A DNA stretch of 33,770 bases from Deltaproteobacteria bacterium (GTDB taxonomy: Bacteria > Desulfobacterota > DSM-4660 > Desulfatiglandales > B25-G16): positions 643,243 to 677,012 of the forward strand of contig CP070704.1 of assembly GCA_020349945.1 (NCBI GenBank), read 5' to 3'. Positions 9,035 through 19,318 of this stretch are shown here, one piece after another (position 1 is the first letter of the stretch; each line of letters begins with the position of its first letter). The notes under the pieces were generated by a model that saw only the letters and a list, made by a program, of their open reading frames with translations, made no database searches and was not told the origin of the DNA. Position numbers and translations under genes: made by a program.

Positions 9035-9886
9035 CTATGAATCCTTATGCCTGATAAAATCCTTTATGTTTATAACCTTTGGTGTATCCTTCTTTCGTAG
9101 CTCTCCACTTCTGATCTTTTTGATCTTCTCCGTATATTCCCTCAATTCTGTATTAGTCTCCAAAATCTCCCCAATTTCACGCTCAAATTCCTTTAGGCAA
9201 CCCTCAAGTTCAAGGGTCTCAATAGAGAAGGCAAACAAAGAGGCAATGAGATTAATAATCCTGATTACCACCCTAAAATTCGTACCCGTAAGGTACAGTG
9301 GCGAGTGGCCCCAAAGCCCAACAACTGGGCAGCTTTCTTTTTCTGCCTTTTGCATAATAAGGGAATGGACCCCGGAGGGGCCTTCATATTCAGTCAGATG
9401 AATGTCCTTTTTGATAAAAATATCTCTCCACTCCTTGAAAGAATAAACTCCAGAGACGACGGCCTCCGTGTGAAGGACATCATCATGCACCCCCCCAACA
9501 CTGATGATAAGAGACACACCCCATTGTTTACATAACTGAAACAGGACCTGAACAAAGGCGGACCATCTATAGTCTGGCTCTTGCGCCTTTAAGAGGATAA
9601 AATCATTGTTCCCCTCCTTGTTAGACCAAAAATAAAAACGTATCTTTTTAAGACATATATCTTGGAGCCTTCCTTCCTTGATAGTGACAACTGGTCTGTT
9701 TTGAGTAAACTGGTAAAAACGGTCTTGATCTATTTCGGCCATTAATGTAGCCCCTTTTTTCTGAATAATGTACTCGATTGACTTTAGGGCGATATTACCG
9801 GCATTTGCCCAGCCCTCAAATCCAGCAATCAGTATTGGGCTACGGAATGGAGGCCTTTGATAAAGTCTAATAAAATCTTCAGCCAT
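9035..9886 (-). CDS. PAC2 (proteasome assembly chaperone) family protein
   Basis: Motifs LIAGFEGWANAG, FYQFTQNRP, EPDYRW, YEGPSG and LWGHSPLYL are typical of bacterial PAC2-like proteins. Confidence 0.82.
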   Translation of the reverse strand: MAEDFIRLYQRPPFRSPILIAGFEGWANAGNIALKSIEYIIQKKGATLMAEIDQDRFYQFTQNRPVVTIKEGRLQDICLKKIRFYFWSNKEGNNDFILLKAQEPDYRWSAFVQVLFQLCKQWGVSLIISVGGVHDDVLHTEAVVSGVYSFKEWRDIFIKKDIHLTEYEGPSGVHSLIMQKAEKESCPVVGLWGHSPLYLTGTNFRVVIRIINLIASLFAFSIETLELEGCLKEFEREIGEILETNTELREYTEKIKKIRSGELRKKDTPKVINIKDFIRHKDS

Positions 9887-9953
9887 GACCTAATATGCCT
9901 CAAATATCTCGTGTATGAATATGGCTTCAACCTACCATTCGACTTAATACCTC

Positions 9954-11102
9954 TTACCTCTTATAAAATGAACCTATTGTTTCTACGATATACTCAATCT
10001 GCTCACATCGTAACTCCGGATAAATCGGTAAGGCAATGGTCTTTGCTGCAGCCTCAATGGAGACAGGGCAATCCTCTGGATGATAACCCAAATATCGAAA
10101 GCACTCCTGAACATGAAGAGGGACTGGGTAATAGATCTCGCAACCTATCCCCTGATTGCTGAGATATCCCTTGAGCTCATCCCTGCCTTGATCAATCTTT
10201 ATTACAAATTGGTTATATATGTGTCTTCCTTCATTCTCAAAAGGGAGCTCAACCTCCTCTATACCCTTCCTGGCAAATAGTTCTCTATATAGGCGTGCAT
10301 TGCTTCTTCTTTTTTCAGTCCACTGCTCAAGGTACTTAAATTTTATCAGGAGAATAGCTGCCTGAAGGGCATCAAACCTAAAATTTCCACCGATCATCTT
10401 GTGGTAATATTTTGGATGAGCCCCATGCACCCTCATTATCTTAAGGCTTTGAAATGCTTCCTCATCATTTGTGGTAACCATGCCCCCGTCGCCAAAGGAA
10501 CCGAGGTTTTTCGAGGGGAAAAAAGAAAAACAGCCGTAGTTGCCCATAGAACCAGCTCTTTTCAAACATCCATCAAAAGACCTATATTCTGCTCCAATGG
10601 CCTGAGCTGCATCTTCTATAACCAGTATCCCTAAAGATTTTGCTATGGCTGTAATCTTGTCCATATTCGCACACTGCCCAAAAAGGTGAACAGGTAATAT
10701 CGCCTTTAGACGAGGCCTCTGCTTTGCGTGTAATGTGGAGATTCTTTTCTCTAATTTGTCTACATCAATATTATAGGTAAGATGGTCTATATCCACAAAA
10801 ATGGGAATAGCGCCTAATCTGGCAATTGAACCAGCGGTGGAAAAAAAGGTATAGGGGGAAGTAATCACCAAATCCCCCGGACCAATGCCAGCACTCATTA
10901 AGGATATGAGCAAGGCATCCGTGCCTGAGGAAACGCCTATTGCATACTTGACCTGGCTGTAAGCGGCTATTTTTCTCTCTAACTCTTCTACCTTTGGACC
11001 CAGGATAAACCTCTGCGATTGATATACCTCCAGAGTAGCTGCTATAATTTCTTCTTTAATGGCCTCATACTGGGCCTTTAAATCCAATAGAGGTATATCC
11101 AA
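9954..11102 (-). CDS. DegT/DnrJ/EryC1/StrS family PLP-dependent sugar aminotransferase
   Basis: Motifs IPLLDLKAQY, SSGTDAL, EDAAQAIGA, SFFPSKNLG (PLP lysine) and IYYPVPLH; TTG start. Confidence 0.92.
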   Translation of the reverse strand: MDIPLLDLKAQYEAIKEEIIAATLEVYQSQRFILGPKVEELERKIAAYSQVKYAIGVSSGTDALLISLMSAGIGPGDLVITSPYTFFSTAGSIARLGAIPIFVDIDHLTYNIDVDKLEKRISTLHAKQRPRLKAILPVHLFGQCANMDKITAIAKSLGILVIEDAAQAIGAEYRSFDGCLKRAGSMGNYGCFSFFPSKNLGSFGDGGMVTTNDEEAFQSLKIMRVHGAHPKYYHKMIGGNFRFDALQAAILLIKFKYLEQWTEKRRSNARLYRELFARKGIEEVELPFENEGRHIYNQFVIKIDQGRDELKGYLSNQGIGCEIYYPVPLHVQECFRYLGYHPEDCPVSIEAAAKTIALPIYPELRCEQIEYIVETIGSFYKR

Positions 11103-11151
11103 CGCTGATCCCTTTCTTTTTATATCACGTTAATTATAGCAGAGAATGATA

Positions 11152-12315
11152 TCAATTCACTAAGTTAGAGACCGGTACTACCTCGGCCTCATTATTGATG
11201 GTCGACTGGTATTTCTTTAAAAACATAAGGGTCTCTTCGTGAGGATGTCCAATGCCTATAGCCCGGCCCTTATGCCTTGCCAGACTAAGGAGCCTCTCTA
11301 CTTGGACTTTTAGGGCATCATCCGACAGATCATTATCCAAAAATATATCCCTGCAGGCTGTCCTAAGGGCCATTTCTTTTGCTGCCTCAAATGCCACACT
11401 GTTGCCACTCGTTCTGCTATCGATAAAGTAAAGGTCCCTTGTCTTCAACGCACCCAGCACGACCGCCATCTTCTCCTCATTCTCTGTAAATCTTGATCCC
11501 ATGTGATTATTAACACCAGCTACAAAAGGTACCTGACTCAAATCCCTGTTAAGTATCTCCAAAATCATTTCCTTATCCATCGATACCAGCAAGACCCCAT
11601 CCCCTGGATTAATAGCAGGATAATTAATGGGTTCCATGGGAAGATGGAGCATTGTTTCTCGCCCCTCCTTCCTAGCCTTACGTGCAATTGATCTGGCACT
11701 AGGGGCAAAGGGCAAAACAGAAAAGGTAAGGGGTAAATCAAATTCAATAAAGGCCTTTGCAAGAGAACTGTCATAGCCTAAGTCATCTATTATAATACCG
11801 ATCTTGGGATATGTTAAACGATGAGGATGCTCACACGTGTCCAATATAATTCTTAGTTTGTGAGTATAGAAATCTCTATAATATATATTGTAGATTATTT
11901 CATTACCTGATTTTTTGTCGGTCTTGATTTGTACGGGTATCCCGAGACTGGAAATCCTGTTTCTAATCTCCCTGCCTATCTGAAAAATGGAATGAGGCTG
12001 TGGAATCCTGGCTTCTATACTGTTAAAATCCCAGTTATAGCCGCCTTTATGTCTTGGAAGTACGGATAGAAAAATTATCTTCTCCTGGGGTACCCCTATC
12101 TCATAGAATCCATCGGAAATGGCCTTATCTATGAGGCAAATATATCCACTTAATTGCCTTGACCGGGCATATATCTCCTCAAATGGGAAGGGGGGGCCAC
12201 CTCTATCTAACCCTGACAGATAGCTTATCAATACAATACACATTATGGCCGTTAATCCAAGGCCAACAAGCGTGAGGCTAACCCCCTTCTTTCTCCTATT
12301 TTTCGATCTCACCAT
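11152..12315 (-). CDS. Divergent polysaccharide deacetylase family protein (YibQ-like), membrane anchored
   Basis: Motifs IIIDDLG, LHLPMEP, GVNNHMGS, FIDSRT and AIGIGHP; N-terminal TM helix; usual position after ctpA. Confidence 0.9.
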   Translation of the reverse strand: MVRSKNRRKKGVSLTLVGLGLTAIMCIVLISYLSGLDRGGPPFPFEEIYARSRQLSGYICLIDKAISDGFYEIGVPQEKIIFLSVLPRHKGGYNWDFNSIEARIPQPHSIFQIGREIRNRISSLGIPVQIKTDKKSGNEIIYNIYYRDFYTHKLRIILDTCEHPHRLTYPKIGIIIDDLGYDSSLAKAFIEFDLPLTFSVLPFAPSARSIARKARKEGRETMLHLPMEPINYPAINPGDGVLLVSMDKEMILEILNRDLSQVPFVAGVNNHMGSRFTENEEKMAVVLGALKTRDLYFIDSRTSGNSVAFEAAKEMALRTACRDIFLDNDLSDDALKVQVERLLSLARHKGRAIGIGHPHEETLMFLKKYQSTINNEAEVVPVSNLVN

Positions 12316-12332
12316 GTAAGACTATCTCATAG

Positions 12333-13661
12333 TCAATCTTGGCTCTGTTGGTCCTCTATTTTAGAGAGAATGCTCCAGGATTGAAGTATCTCTATCGCCC
12401 TGCTTAACTGATTATCATTAGCAATTCGCTCTTGGACGTCTGGGGAGATCCCCTTCTCTTCCTCCTTGTCTAGCCCTGGAATCCTTTCATTAATATGGCC
12501 CTCCAGATCCTTTTCTCGTAGGACATGGGGCTCTTGTTCAGCAGGTTTTTCCTTTGGTGGTATGAAGGCAACCTTTACATCTGGTTCAATACCGCTTGCC
12601 TGTATTGATCTTCCGCTTGGAGTAAAATACAGTGCAGTTGTAAGGCGCAAGCCCGAGCCATCTGAAAGGGGGAAAAGGGTCTGTACAGACCCCTTTCCAA
12701 AGGTTGCAGTGCCTAAGATAAGGGCCTTTTTATTGTCCTGTAAAGCCCCGGCCACTATTTCTGCTGCGCTAGCGCTCCCCTCATTAACCAAGGCAACCAT
12801 AGGATACCTTCGCGACTTCTTATTCTTATGGGCAATACTTCTTTCTTCCTTTTTATCACGGCCCTTGATTGAAACAATCAACCCTGAATCAAGGAATTCG
12901 TCGGCAACCTCTACCGCTTGAGACAGTAGTCCTCCAGGGTTGTTTCTCAAATCCAGAATAAGCCCCTTCAGCCTCTTTTTCTTCTCCAACTCTTCTAACT
13001 CCTTAGAAAGTTCCTGACCCGTATCACTTTGGAAGTTAGATATCCTGATATAGCCTATATCGAAGGGAAGGACGGATGAGCGAACGCTTTTTATAGGTAT
13101 CACATCCCTGGTAATCACGAAATCAACTGGTTTTTCTAAACCTTCCCTCCGAATGCTAAGCTTAACCTTACTCCCCTTAGGCCCCCGAATAAATCTCACT
13201 GCCTCCATGATGGATGAGTCTTTAGTTGACTTGCCATCTATCATGATGATCTGGTCTCCTGCCTTGATTCCAGCCTTAAACGCAGGTGTCCCTTCAATAG
13301 GAGACACTACTGTGAGGACACTGTCTCTTATGGTTAGCTCAATCCCTACCCCAGTAAAGCTTCCTTTTGTCTCTATCATCAATTCCTTGTATTCTTCTGG
13401 GCTCATAAAAAAGGAGTGAGGATCCAGGGTTCCAACCAGTCCCTTTATTGCCCCGTTTATAAGATCTTTTGAATCTGTTTCTTCAACATAGCTTTTTTCA
13501 ATCTTCCGTAAAACTTCACTAAACACCTCGATATTCTTATACACCTCCTCTGTGCTGGCCGATACATCTCGATAAGTACCGCCGATCAAAGGCAAAAATA
13601 TCACGCAGATGAAGACAATCGCCTCACAAAAAAGATGATTTCGCCTTGTTTTTAACATCAC
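12333..13661 (-). CDS. ctpA: Carboxy-terminal processing protease (S41A)
   Basis: LDPHS, a PDZ domain, DLRNNPGGLL, SASAAEIVAGAL and GKGSVQ. Confidence 0.94.
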   Translation of the reverse strand: MMLKTRRNHLFCEAIVFICVIFLPLIGGTYRDVSASTEEVYKNIEVFSEVLRKIEKSYVEETDSKDLINGAIKGLVGTLDPHSFFMSPEEYKELMIETKGSFTGVGIELTIRDSVLTVVSPIEGTPAFKAGIKAGDQIIMIDGKSTKDSSIMEAVRFIRGPKGSKVKLSIRREGLEKPVDFVITRDVIPIKSVRSSVLPFDIGYIRISNFQSDTGQELSKELEELEKKKRLKGLILDLRNNPGGLLSQAVEVADEFLDSGLIVSIKGRDKKEERSIAHKNKKSRRYPMVALVNEGSASAAEIVAGALQDNKKALILGTATFGKGSVQTLFPLSDGSGLRLTTALYFTPSGRSIQASGIEPDVKVAFIPPKEKPAEQEPHVLREKDLEGHINERIPGLDKEEEKGISPDVQERIANDNQLSRAIEILQSWSILSKIEDQQSQD

Positions 13662-13716
13662 CTTTCTCCCTTTCTATTAAAATGTTCCCCTTTGGCCTCT
13701 ACTTTTATATCCTACC

Positions 13717-14883
13717 TTATTCTAACCACCTCTTGGGGTCCAAATAATCCCGTCCTTTCCTTATCTCAAAATATACCCCTGCTGGCCCAACATGCCAGCT
13801 AGAATCCCCCACCAGACCCACTACTTCTCCACCTGAGACCATCTCTCCTTTTTCCTTTATTCTCTCCTCAAGGTGTGCATAGACCGTAAAATACCGGGAT
13901 CCATGGTTAATTATTATCAACTGCCCATATCCCTTAAACCATCCGGAATAATCTACCCTGCCGGGGAAAACTGATCTAATCGCTTCCCCTGGAGAACCCT
14001 TAATATATATACCTTTTCTGTGCACAAATGGATTGGATCCAAATCTCTCGACACCGCCAATTATTTCCCCATTGAGCGGTAGAGGTAATTTCCCTCTCAT
14101 TTCAGCAAACCCTCCTGGCAAGGGGCCTCCCTTTTCTTCCATCTCTAAATCCATCATGGTCTGATTAACGGCCTGGGTAGCGTCTTTTAGTTCCTTAACC
14201 GCTTTTGCATAAAATTCCTTCTCCCTGTGTACCCTCATTAACAAGAAAACTCCCTTCTCAATGCATTTTTCAAGCTCGGCCATCCTTCTAGCCTCGGCCT
14301 TCTTTAAGGCCTCAATCTTGGCCATATTTTCCTTGAGCATAGCTAACTCATTCTCAACCTGACTCCTCTGCCTGCCCAGCATGTCTAGAACCTGTCTATC
14401 TTGATCCATAATGGCCTTTATATATTTCAGTATCTTTTGAAATTCCTGCACAGTAGCAGAGGTAGCAAGGAGCCTCGCATATCCGGGCCTTCCAAACTTA
14501 TAAAAGGCTGCCAAACGCTTTTTTAAACATTCCTTGACAGCAATGGAAGATTGGTTGAGTTGCAGAATCCTCCTCTGGCCACCCTGGATCTCTCCTGAAA
14601 TCCCCTGTATCTGGTTTGACAACCCCCTTAATGACTCCCTATTGATGGCCGCAGCTTTTTCTAACCTCTCTATCTCTCCCAAGATGTCCTTCTGCTTGAT
14701 ATCGACATTTAGCAGTTCACTCTGCTGCTCAGAGAGGTACTTTTCCGTCTGTTGAATCTGAGAGCGAGTAACTTCGATAGAAGATCTCTGCTCTGCACCT
14801 GAGAGATCTGTAAAGACAAGGTTAAAAATAACGAGGAATAGTGCGGGAGAAAATGGTAGAAAGACTTTGATTTTCGGTTTCAT
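13717..14883 (-). CDS. envC: Murein hydrolase activator EnvC family (coiled coil plus degenerate M23)
   Basis: Signal peptide, long coiled coil and a LytM domain lacking Zn ligands (RKGIYI, GPAGVYFEIR). ATGA overlap with ftsX. Confidence 0.88.
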   Translation of the reverse strand: MKPKIKVFLPFSPALFLVIFNLVFTDLSGAEQRSSIEVTRSQIQQTEKYLSEQQSELLNVDIKQKDILGEIERLEKAAAINRESLRGLSNQIQGISGEIQGGQRRILQLNQSSIAVKECLKKRLAAFYKFGRPGYARLLATSATVQEFQKILKYIKAIMDQDRQVLDMLGRQRSQVENELAMLKENMAKIEALKKAEARRMAELEKCIEKGVFLLMRVHREKEFYAKAVKELKDATQAVNQTMMDLEMEEKGGPLPGGFAEMRGKLPLPLNGEIIGGVERFGSNPFVHRKGIYIKGSPGEAIRSVFPGRVDYSGWFKGYGQLIIINHGSRYFTVYAHLEERIKEKGEMVSGGEVVGLVGDSSWHVGPAGVYFEIRKGRDYLDPKRWLE

Positions 14884-15773
14884 ATTCTAAAAAAGCGACC
14901 CAAGGATATAGTGCTTCCAATAAAACCAATAATAATACTCATAAGCAACAGAAAAAGTATAAAGTGAGTTGGAAGAAAGATGATATCAAGAGAGGCAAAT
15001 CCAATCCTCAGGTCCACCCTGCTCATGACTACTATATAAGCTAAGAAGAGCATGAGGAGGGCAACTGAGCCACCAAGAAACCCCTGAATTGATCCCTCAA
15101 TCAGAAAGGGGATCTTTACAAAGCGATTAGTTGCGCCTACCAGCTTAAGTATTTCGATCTCATCCTTCCTGGAATAGATAGTCAGTTTTATGGTGTTGAT
15201 GATGATAAAAAGGGCTGCCAAAAAAAGCAATCCCCCAACAACTATACCTACAATCTTTATTGCCTCCATGAAGGCCTCAAATCTTTTTATCCATTCCTGA
15301 CTGTATTGTACCTCATCAACTATATCGATCCCCTCCAACCTTCTTTTCAGTTGATAGGGGGTAGAATCTCCGCTCTTATCTCTCGAAAGGACGATCTCAA
15401 GGGAGGCCGGTAGAGGATTTTCCCTTAAACCATCAAGGAGTCCAGCCTTGTCCCCCAACTGCCTCCTCAGGCTTTCCATAGCATCATCCTTGGAAATAAA
15501 CCCTTTGATAGTCACCCCAGGAAAGCCGAGTAGCTCTTTTTTAATGTCTTCAAGCACGATCCGCTCTGGCTCCGCTTTGAAATAGATAGACATGGTCAGC
15601 AATTTTCCCCGTTCCTCTGTCCAATAATTTAGATTTAGGAAAATAAGGACAAAAGCATCAAAGATAAGGAATGCTATGGCCATTGTGCCCACACCTATCA
15701 AATGAACTAATCGATTGTTAAAAATATTTGCCATAGCCTGTCTGGCAAAATAACGAAGGAATGTAATGCTCAT
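14880..15773 (-). CDS. ftsX: Cell division permease-like protein FtsX
   Basis: Motifs NPLPASL, NTIKLTIYSRKDEIEILKLVGAT and PFLIEG; four TM helices. Confidence 0.95.
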   Translation of the reverse strand: MSITFLRYFARQAMANIFNNRLVHLIGVGTMAIAFLIFDAFVLIFLNLNYWTEERGKLLTMSIYFKAEPERIVLEDIKKELLGFPGVTIKGFISKDDAMESLRRQLGDKAGLLDGLRENPLPASLEIVLSRDKSGDSTPYQLKRRLEGIDIVDEVQYSQEWIKRFEAFMEAIKIVGIVVGGLLFLAALFIIINTIKLTIYSRKDEIEILKLVGATNRFVKIPFLIEGSIQGFLGGSVALLMLFLAYIVVMSRVDLRIGFASLDIIFLPTHFILFLLLMSIIIGFIGSTISLGRFFRI

Positions 15774-16424
15774 TTATACTATCCTGCCCTTACTAAGGGT
15801 AACTATCCTTCTCCTTGTATCCCTCAGTAACTCCTGACTATGTGTGGCCACGATTACAGTTGTACCCCTGATATGTATCTGTCTTAAAAGGGCCATTATC
15901 TCCATGGTTAAATCAGGGTCAAGGTTTCCAGTGGGTTCGTCAGCTAAGAGAATCAAGGGATTATTGATTATTGCCCGGGCAACTGCAACCCTCTGCTGTT
16001 CACCACCTGAAAGCTGAGGAGGATAGTAACCTTCCTTGTTTGCTAAGCCCAGATATCTGAGCGTCTGATGAACCTTTTTGCGTATCATAGAGAACGGAAG
16101 ACCTGCTATTTCCAGGGCCAGGGCTACATTTTCAAACACATTTCGCCTTGGAAGCAACTTGAAATCCTGAAACACTACTCCTACTCGTCGGCGCAAAAAT
16201 GCAAGCTCCCTGTCCTTGATCCTATTGAGATTCCTTCCATTGACCAGTGCTTGCCCGCTGGTTACCTTTTCTGCACAGAAAATTATCTTTAACAGGGTAG
16301 TTTTTCCCGCACCGCTAGGTCCTGTGATGAAAACAAACTCTCCCTTCTTTACTGTCAAGCTTACATCTATGAGGGCTGGATTTTTTGATCCAAACGATTT
16401 ATAAACGTGGAAGAGTTGGATCAT
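15774..16424 (-). CDS. ftsE: Cell division ATP-binding protein FtsE
   Basis: Motifs GPSGAGKT, VFQDFKLL, LSGGEQQRV and LADEPTGNLD; directly upstream of ftsX. Confidence 0.96.
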   Translation of the reverse strand: MIQLFHVYKSFGSKNPALIDVSLTVKKGEFVFITGPSGAGKTTLLKIIFCAEKVTSGQALVNGRNLNRIKDRELAFLRRRVGVVFQDFKLLPRRNVFENVALALEIAGLPFSMIRKKVHQTLRYLGLANKEGYYPPQLSGGEQQRVAVARAIINNPLILLADEPTGNLDPDLTMEIMALLRQIHIRGTTVIVATHSQELLRDTRRRIVTLSKGRIV

Positions 16425-16627
16425 TTTACAAGACGATATTATTGATTAGGTAATGTCAGTAATCCCTTGTTCCGCTCGACTCCTTTCAGCGGACAAGTGA
16501 CCATAGTCGGCGGATATTATAAAATTATAAGGTTACTGGCTTATTGTTGAGAATAAGCAAAAAAGATCTCAAGATACTATTGATCTTAATTATTAGGATT
16601 CAAGCATAAGCGGGCTGGGCTTCTTGG

Positions 16628-18190
16628 TCACTTGGCATATTCGGTTGCCCTGATTTCTCTTATTACTGTTACCTTTATCTGTCCAGGATAGGTAAGATCT
16701 TTTTCTATCTTCTTTGCTATCTCCCTGCATATCATCGCTGACTCAGAATCATCTACCCTATCACTCTCTACCATTATCCTCAGTTCTCTGCCTGCCTGGA
16801 TTGCATAGGACTTACTAACACCCTTAAAGGACTTAGCTATCTCTTCCATGTCTTCCAGCCTCTTCACATAAGACTCGAACATCTCTCTCCTAGCCCCAGG
16901 CCTTGCACCAGACAGCGCGTCAGCCGCTTGGAGAACTACATCCATTACAGAGGTAGCCTGGACATCCTCATGGTGAGCGGATATCGCGTGAACTACCTCA
17001 TCAGATTCGCCATACTTCTTTGCGAGGTCTGCACCTATAAGTGCGTGTACCCCTTCTACCTCATGGTTTACTCCTTTACCGATATCATGGAGAAGTCCGA
17101 TTCTTTTGGCCCGTTTTGGATCTAACCTTAACTCCGATGCCATTATGCCACACAGGAAGGCAACCTCAAGAGAGTGCTGGAGGACATTCTGAGCATAACT
17201 TGCCCTATATTTCAGCCGACCGATTAATTTAATCAGCTCAGGATGGATACCGTGAACTCCGATATCAAAAGTAGCCTGTTCACCAGCCTCTTTGATATCT
17301 GTCTCGACCTCTCTGCTCACCCTTTCCACAACCTCCTCAATCCTAGCCGGATGAATCCTGCCGTCTTCAATCAATCTTTCCAAGGCTACCTTGGCCACCT
17401 CTCTCCTAATCGGATTAAAACCAGACAACACTACAGCCTCCGGTGTATCATCAATGATAAGATCTATTCCAGTGGCTGCCTCCAGGGCCCTAATATTCCT
17501 GCCTTCTCTTCCAATAATCCTTCCCTTCATCTCATCATTCGGTAAATTAACAACAGATACGCTCTCCTCAGCCACATACTCACCAGCATATCTTTTAATG
17601 GCCAGGGCCAAAATCTCCTGTGCCTTTCTATGAGAGATCTCCCTTGTCTCAGCCTCTATCCTCTTTATGAGTTTGGAGGCCTCATGGCGTGCCTCCGATT
17701 CCATAGAAGAAATAAGCATCTCCTTTGCCTCTGCTGCTGAAATGCCACCAATTCTCTCTAACTTCCGCCTCTCTTCTTCAATGAGACTATTAAATTCTCC
17801 CTTTTTTTCATCCAGATTCTTCTCCCGGTTCACTAAGATCGCTTCCTTCTTTTCAACTAGTGCTTCTCTTTTCTCAAGTTGCTCCATCTTTTTATCCAAG
17901 GTCTCCTCTTTTTGGAACAACCTTCTTTCCTGGCTCTGAAGCTCCTTTCGCCTTGATCTCGTCTCCTCTTCAAAATCGAGCTTCATTTGATAAAGCTTGT
18001 CCTTTGCCTGTAGCTGGGCCTCTTTTCTAATGGTTTCAGCCTGCTTGCTGGCTTCAAGAATAACCTTTCTCGAATAATCTTCTGCAGAATCAAGTTTCTT
18101 CTCTGAGATCTTTTTCCGGACGATGATACCAATCACCGCTCCTGCTATGATTCCTGCCAGTGCAACAATAACTAACTGAGTGGCTACCAT
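16628..18190 (-). CDS. rny: Ribonuclease Y
   Basis: N-terminal TM helix, coiled coil, KH domain ([14 protein letters not shown]), HD domain (LLHDIGK) and C-terminal [12 protein letters not shown]. Confidence 0.97.
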   Translation of the reverse strand: MVATQLVIVALAGIIAGAVIGIIVRKKISEKKLDSAEDYSRKVILEASKQAETIRKEAQLQAKDKLYQMKLDFEEETRSRRKELQSQERRLFQKEETLDKKMEQLEKREALVEKKEAILVNREKNLDEKKGEFNSLIEEERRKLERIGGISAAEAKEMLISSMESEARHEASKLIKRIEAETREISHRKAQEILALAIKRYAGEYVAEESVSVVNLPNDEMKGRIIGREGRNIRALEAATGIDLIIDDTPEAVVLSGFNPIRREVAKVALERLIEDGRIHPARIEEVVERVSREVETDIKEAGEQATFDIGVHGIHPELIKLIGRLKYRASYAQNVLQHSLEVAFLCGIMASELRLDPKRAKRIGLLHDIGKGVNHEVEGVHALIGADLAKKYGESDEVVHAISAHHEDVQATSVMDVVLQAADALSGARPGARREMFESYVKRLEDMEEIAKSFKGVSKSYAIQAGRELRIMVESDRVDDSESAMICREIAKKIEKDLTYPGQIKVTVIREIRATEYAK

Positions 18191-18499
18191 ATCTTCATCA
18201 CCGCCTTTTATTTTTTAATATTTTTTAGAGGGAAAAGAGGGGTTGATAGAGGCTAAAGGGAAGGACAGGTAACTCTCTGCTCGGTAAAGCCTAATTACAC
18301 ACGGGGCTCTACATGGTAACTATAAGAAAATATGAACACTGCAAGCCTATTACCTGCATACGAGTTATTTCTGAAATAATAACGTATTTATGCTGCGCTA
18401 TTTCTACCAAAGATAGTAATGTTTTCGCCTGTTTTTATTATAAAGTCTGGTAACAATTTTTTCCTCAGCCCTAGACTATCAATCCACCCTTTATTCTTT

Positions 18500-18683
18500 G
18501 TTTCCCCCGCTCCAATGCCGTGTCAGCAGCTCTTTTTGAACCTGATCTGTACCAGGTGGGTGTTCCGTTACCTCATTAGGTCTTTTCCACTATCCAAAAA
18601 ACACACAAAGGCAAGAGGGAGCTCCCTTTTCCGTTACTGTTAGCTCAAAAATCTTCCACCAATCACGAACATAGCAGGGGAAC
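18500..18683 (-). ncRNA. ssrS: 6S RNA
   Basis: About 184 nt directly after zapA, the canonical position. Ends pair (gttcccctgc / gcgggggaaac). Contains 6S-like segments tgttcgtg, ttgagc, gggagc, cccacc, aggttcaa and acacggca. Confidence 0.85.
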
Positions 18684-18686
18684 GAT

Positions 18687-18977
18687 TTAGCTCAATACCA
18701 TATTCAGGCCTTGGATTAACCTTTGAGACCTGTTGTTGATTTCAGTTAATAGATCCTCCTTTTCTTTTATGAGTTGAAAATAATCGCCTGCTATATCGAG
18801 GGCAGCTAAAATAGCTGTCTTATCATCGGATAATCCCTTTTTGGAACCGCTTATCTCTTTCAGCTTCTTGTCTACATATGCTGCCACCTTTAGTATCTGT
18901 TCCCTCTCATCAGGACCTCTTACAGCATATTCCCTATCCCTTATTCTGATTTTGACCTTCTCAACCATGGCAGTCAT
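18687..18977 (-). CDS. zapA: Cell division protein ZapA
   Basis: VKIRIRDREYAV, VAAYVDKKL and AILAALDIA followed by a coiled coil; precedes 6S RNA. Confidence 0.92.
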   Translation of the reverse strand: MTAMVEKVKIRIRDREYAVRGPDEREQILKVAAYVDKKLKEISGSKKGLSDDKTAILAALDIAGDYFQLIKEKEDLLTEINNRSQRLIQGLNMVLS

Positions 18978-18986
18978 CCCTTAATG

Positions 18987-19211
18987 TCATAAGTCAAATT
19001 CTTCTATCTTTTCTAAGAGGGTTACTATCTTCCTTCGAACAAGATCTCTATCAGCTTTCAACATCTCTACCTCGTTGGTAAGCGAGTCGATCTTCTCCTC
19101 TAAGTTAATCTTCTCTTCCCTGAGAGAACTCACCAGCGAGATAAAGGACTCGATCTTCTGTTCTAATAGACCAAACTGCCTTAATTCGTCTAATCCCATA
19201 TAGGTCTTCAA
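18987..19211 (-). CDS. zapB: ZapB-like coiled-coil cell division protein
   Basis: Short pure coiled coil (LEQKIE...LREEK...VRRKIVTLLEKI) upstream of zapA. Start may be TTG 19211 or ATG 19199. Confidence 0.75.
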   Translation of the reverse strand: MKTYMGLDELRQFGLLEQKIESFISLVSSLREEKINLEEKIDSLTNEVEMLKADRDLVRRKIVTLLEKIEEFDL

Positions 19212-19228
19212 GTTTTCCTATATGTTGC

Positions 19229-19256
19229 AGTATATCCTTTTTCTAAAGAAAGTCAA
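19229..19256 (-). promoter_or_regulatory. Sigma70-type promoter for zapB-zapA-ssrS-rny
   Basis: Minus strand TTGACT-N16-TATACT, near consensus, just upstream of zapB. Confidence 0.6.
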
Positions 19257-19318
19257 GTGATAAGAAAAAAGGGTAGGCATTGAAATAGGAAGCTTACAGC
19301 AAAGAGGATAGCCTTTTA

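Noticed and set aside
16539-16564. gcttatt/aataagc hairpin as the rny terminator
   Set aside because: The stem is AT-rich, and the U-run lies on the 5' side of the hairpin in the transcribed (minus) sense.
18419-18643. 74-aa plus-strand ORF
   Set aside because: It is antisense to the 6S RNA and has no protein-like features.
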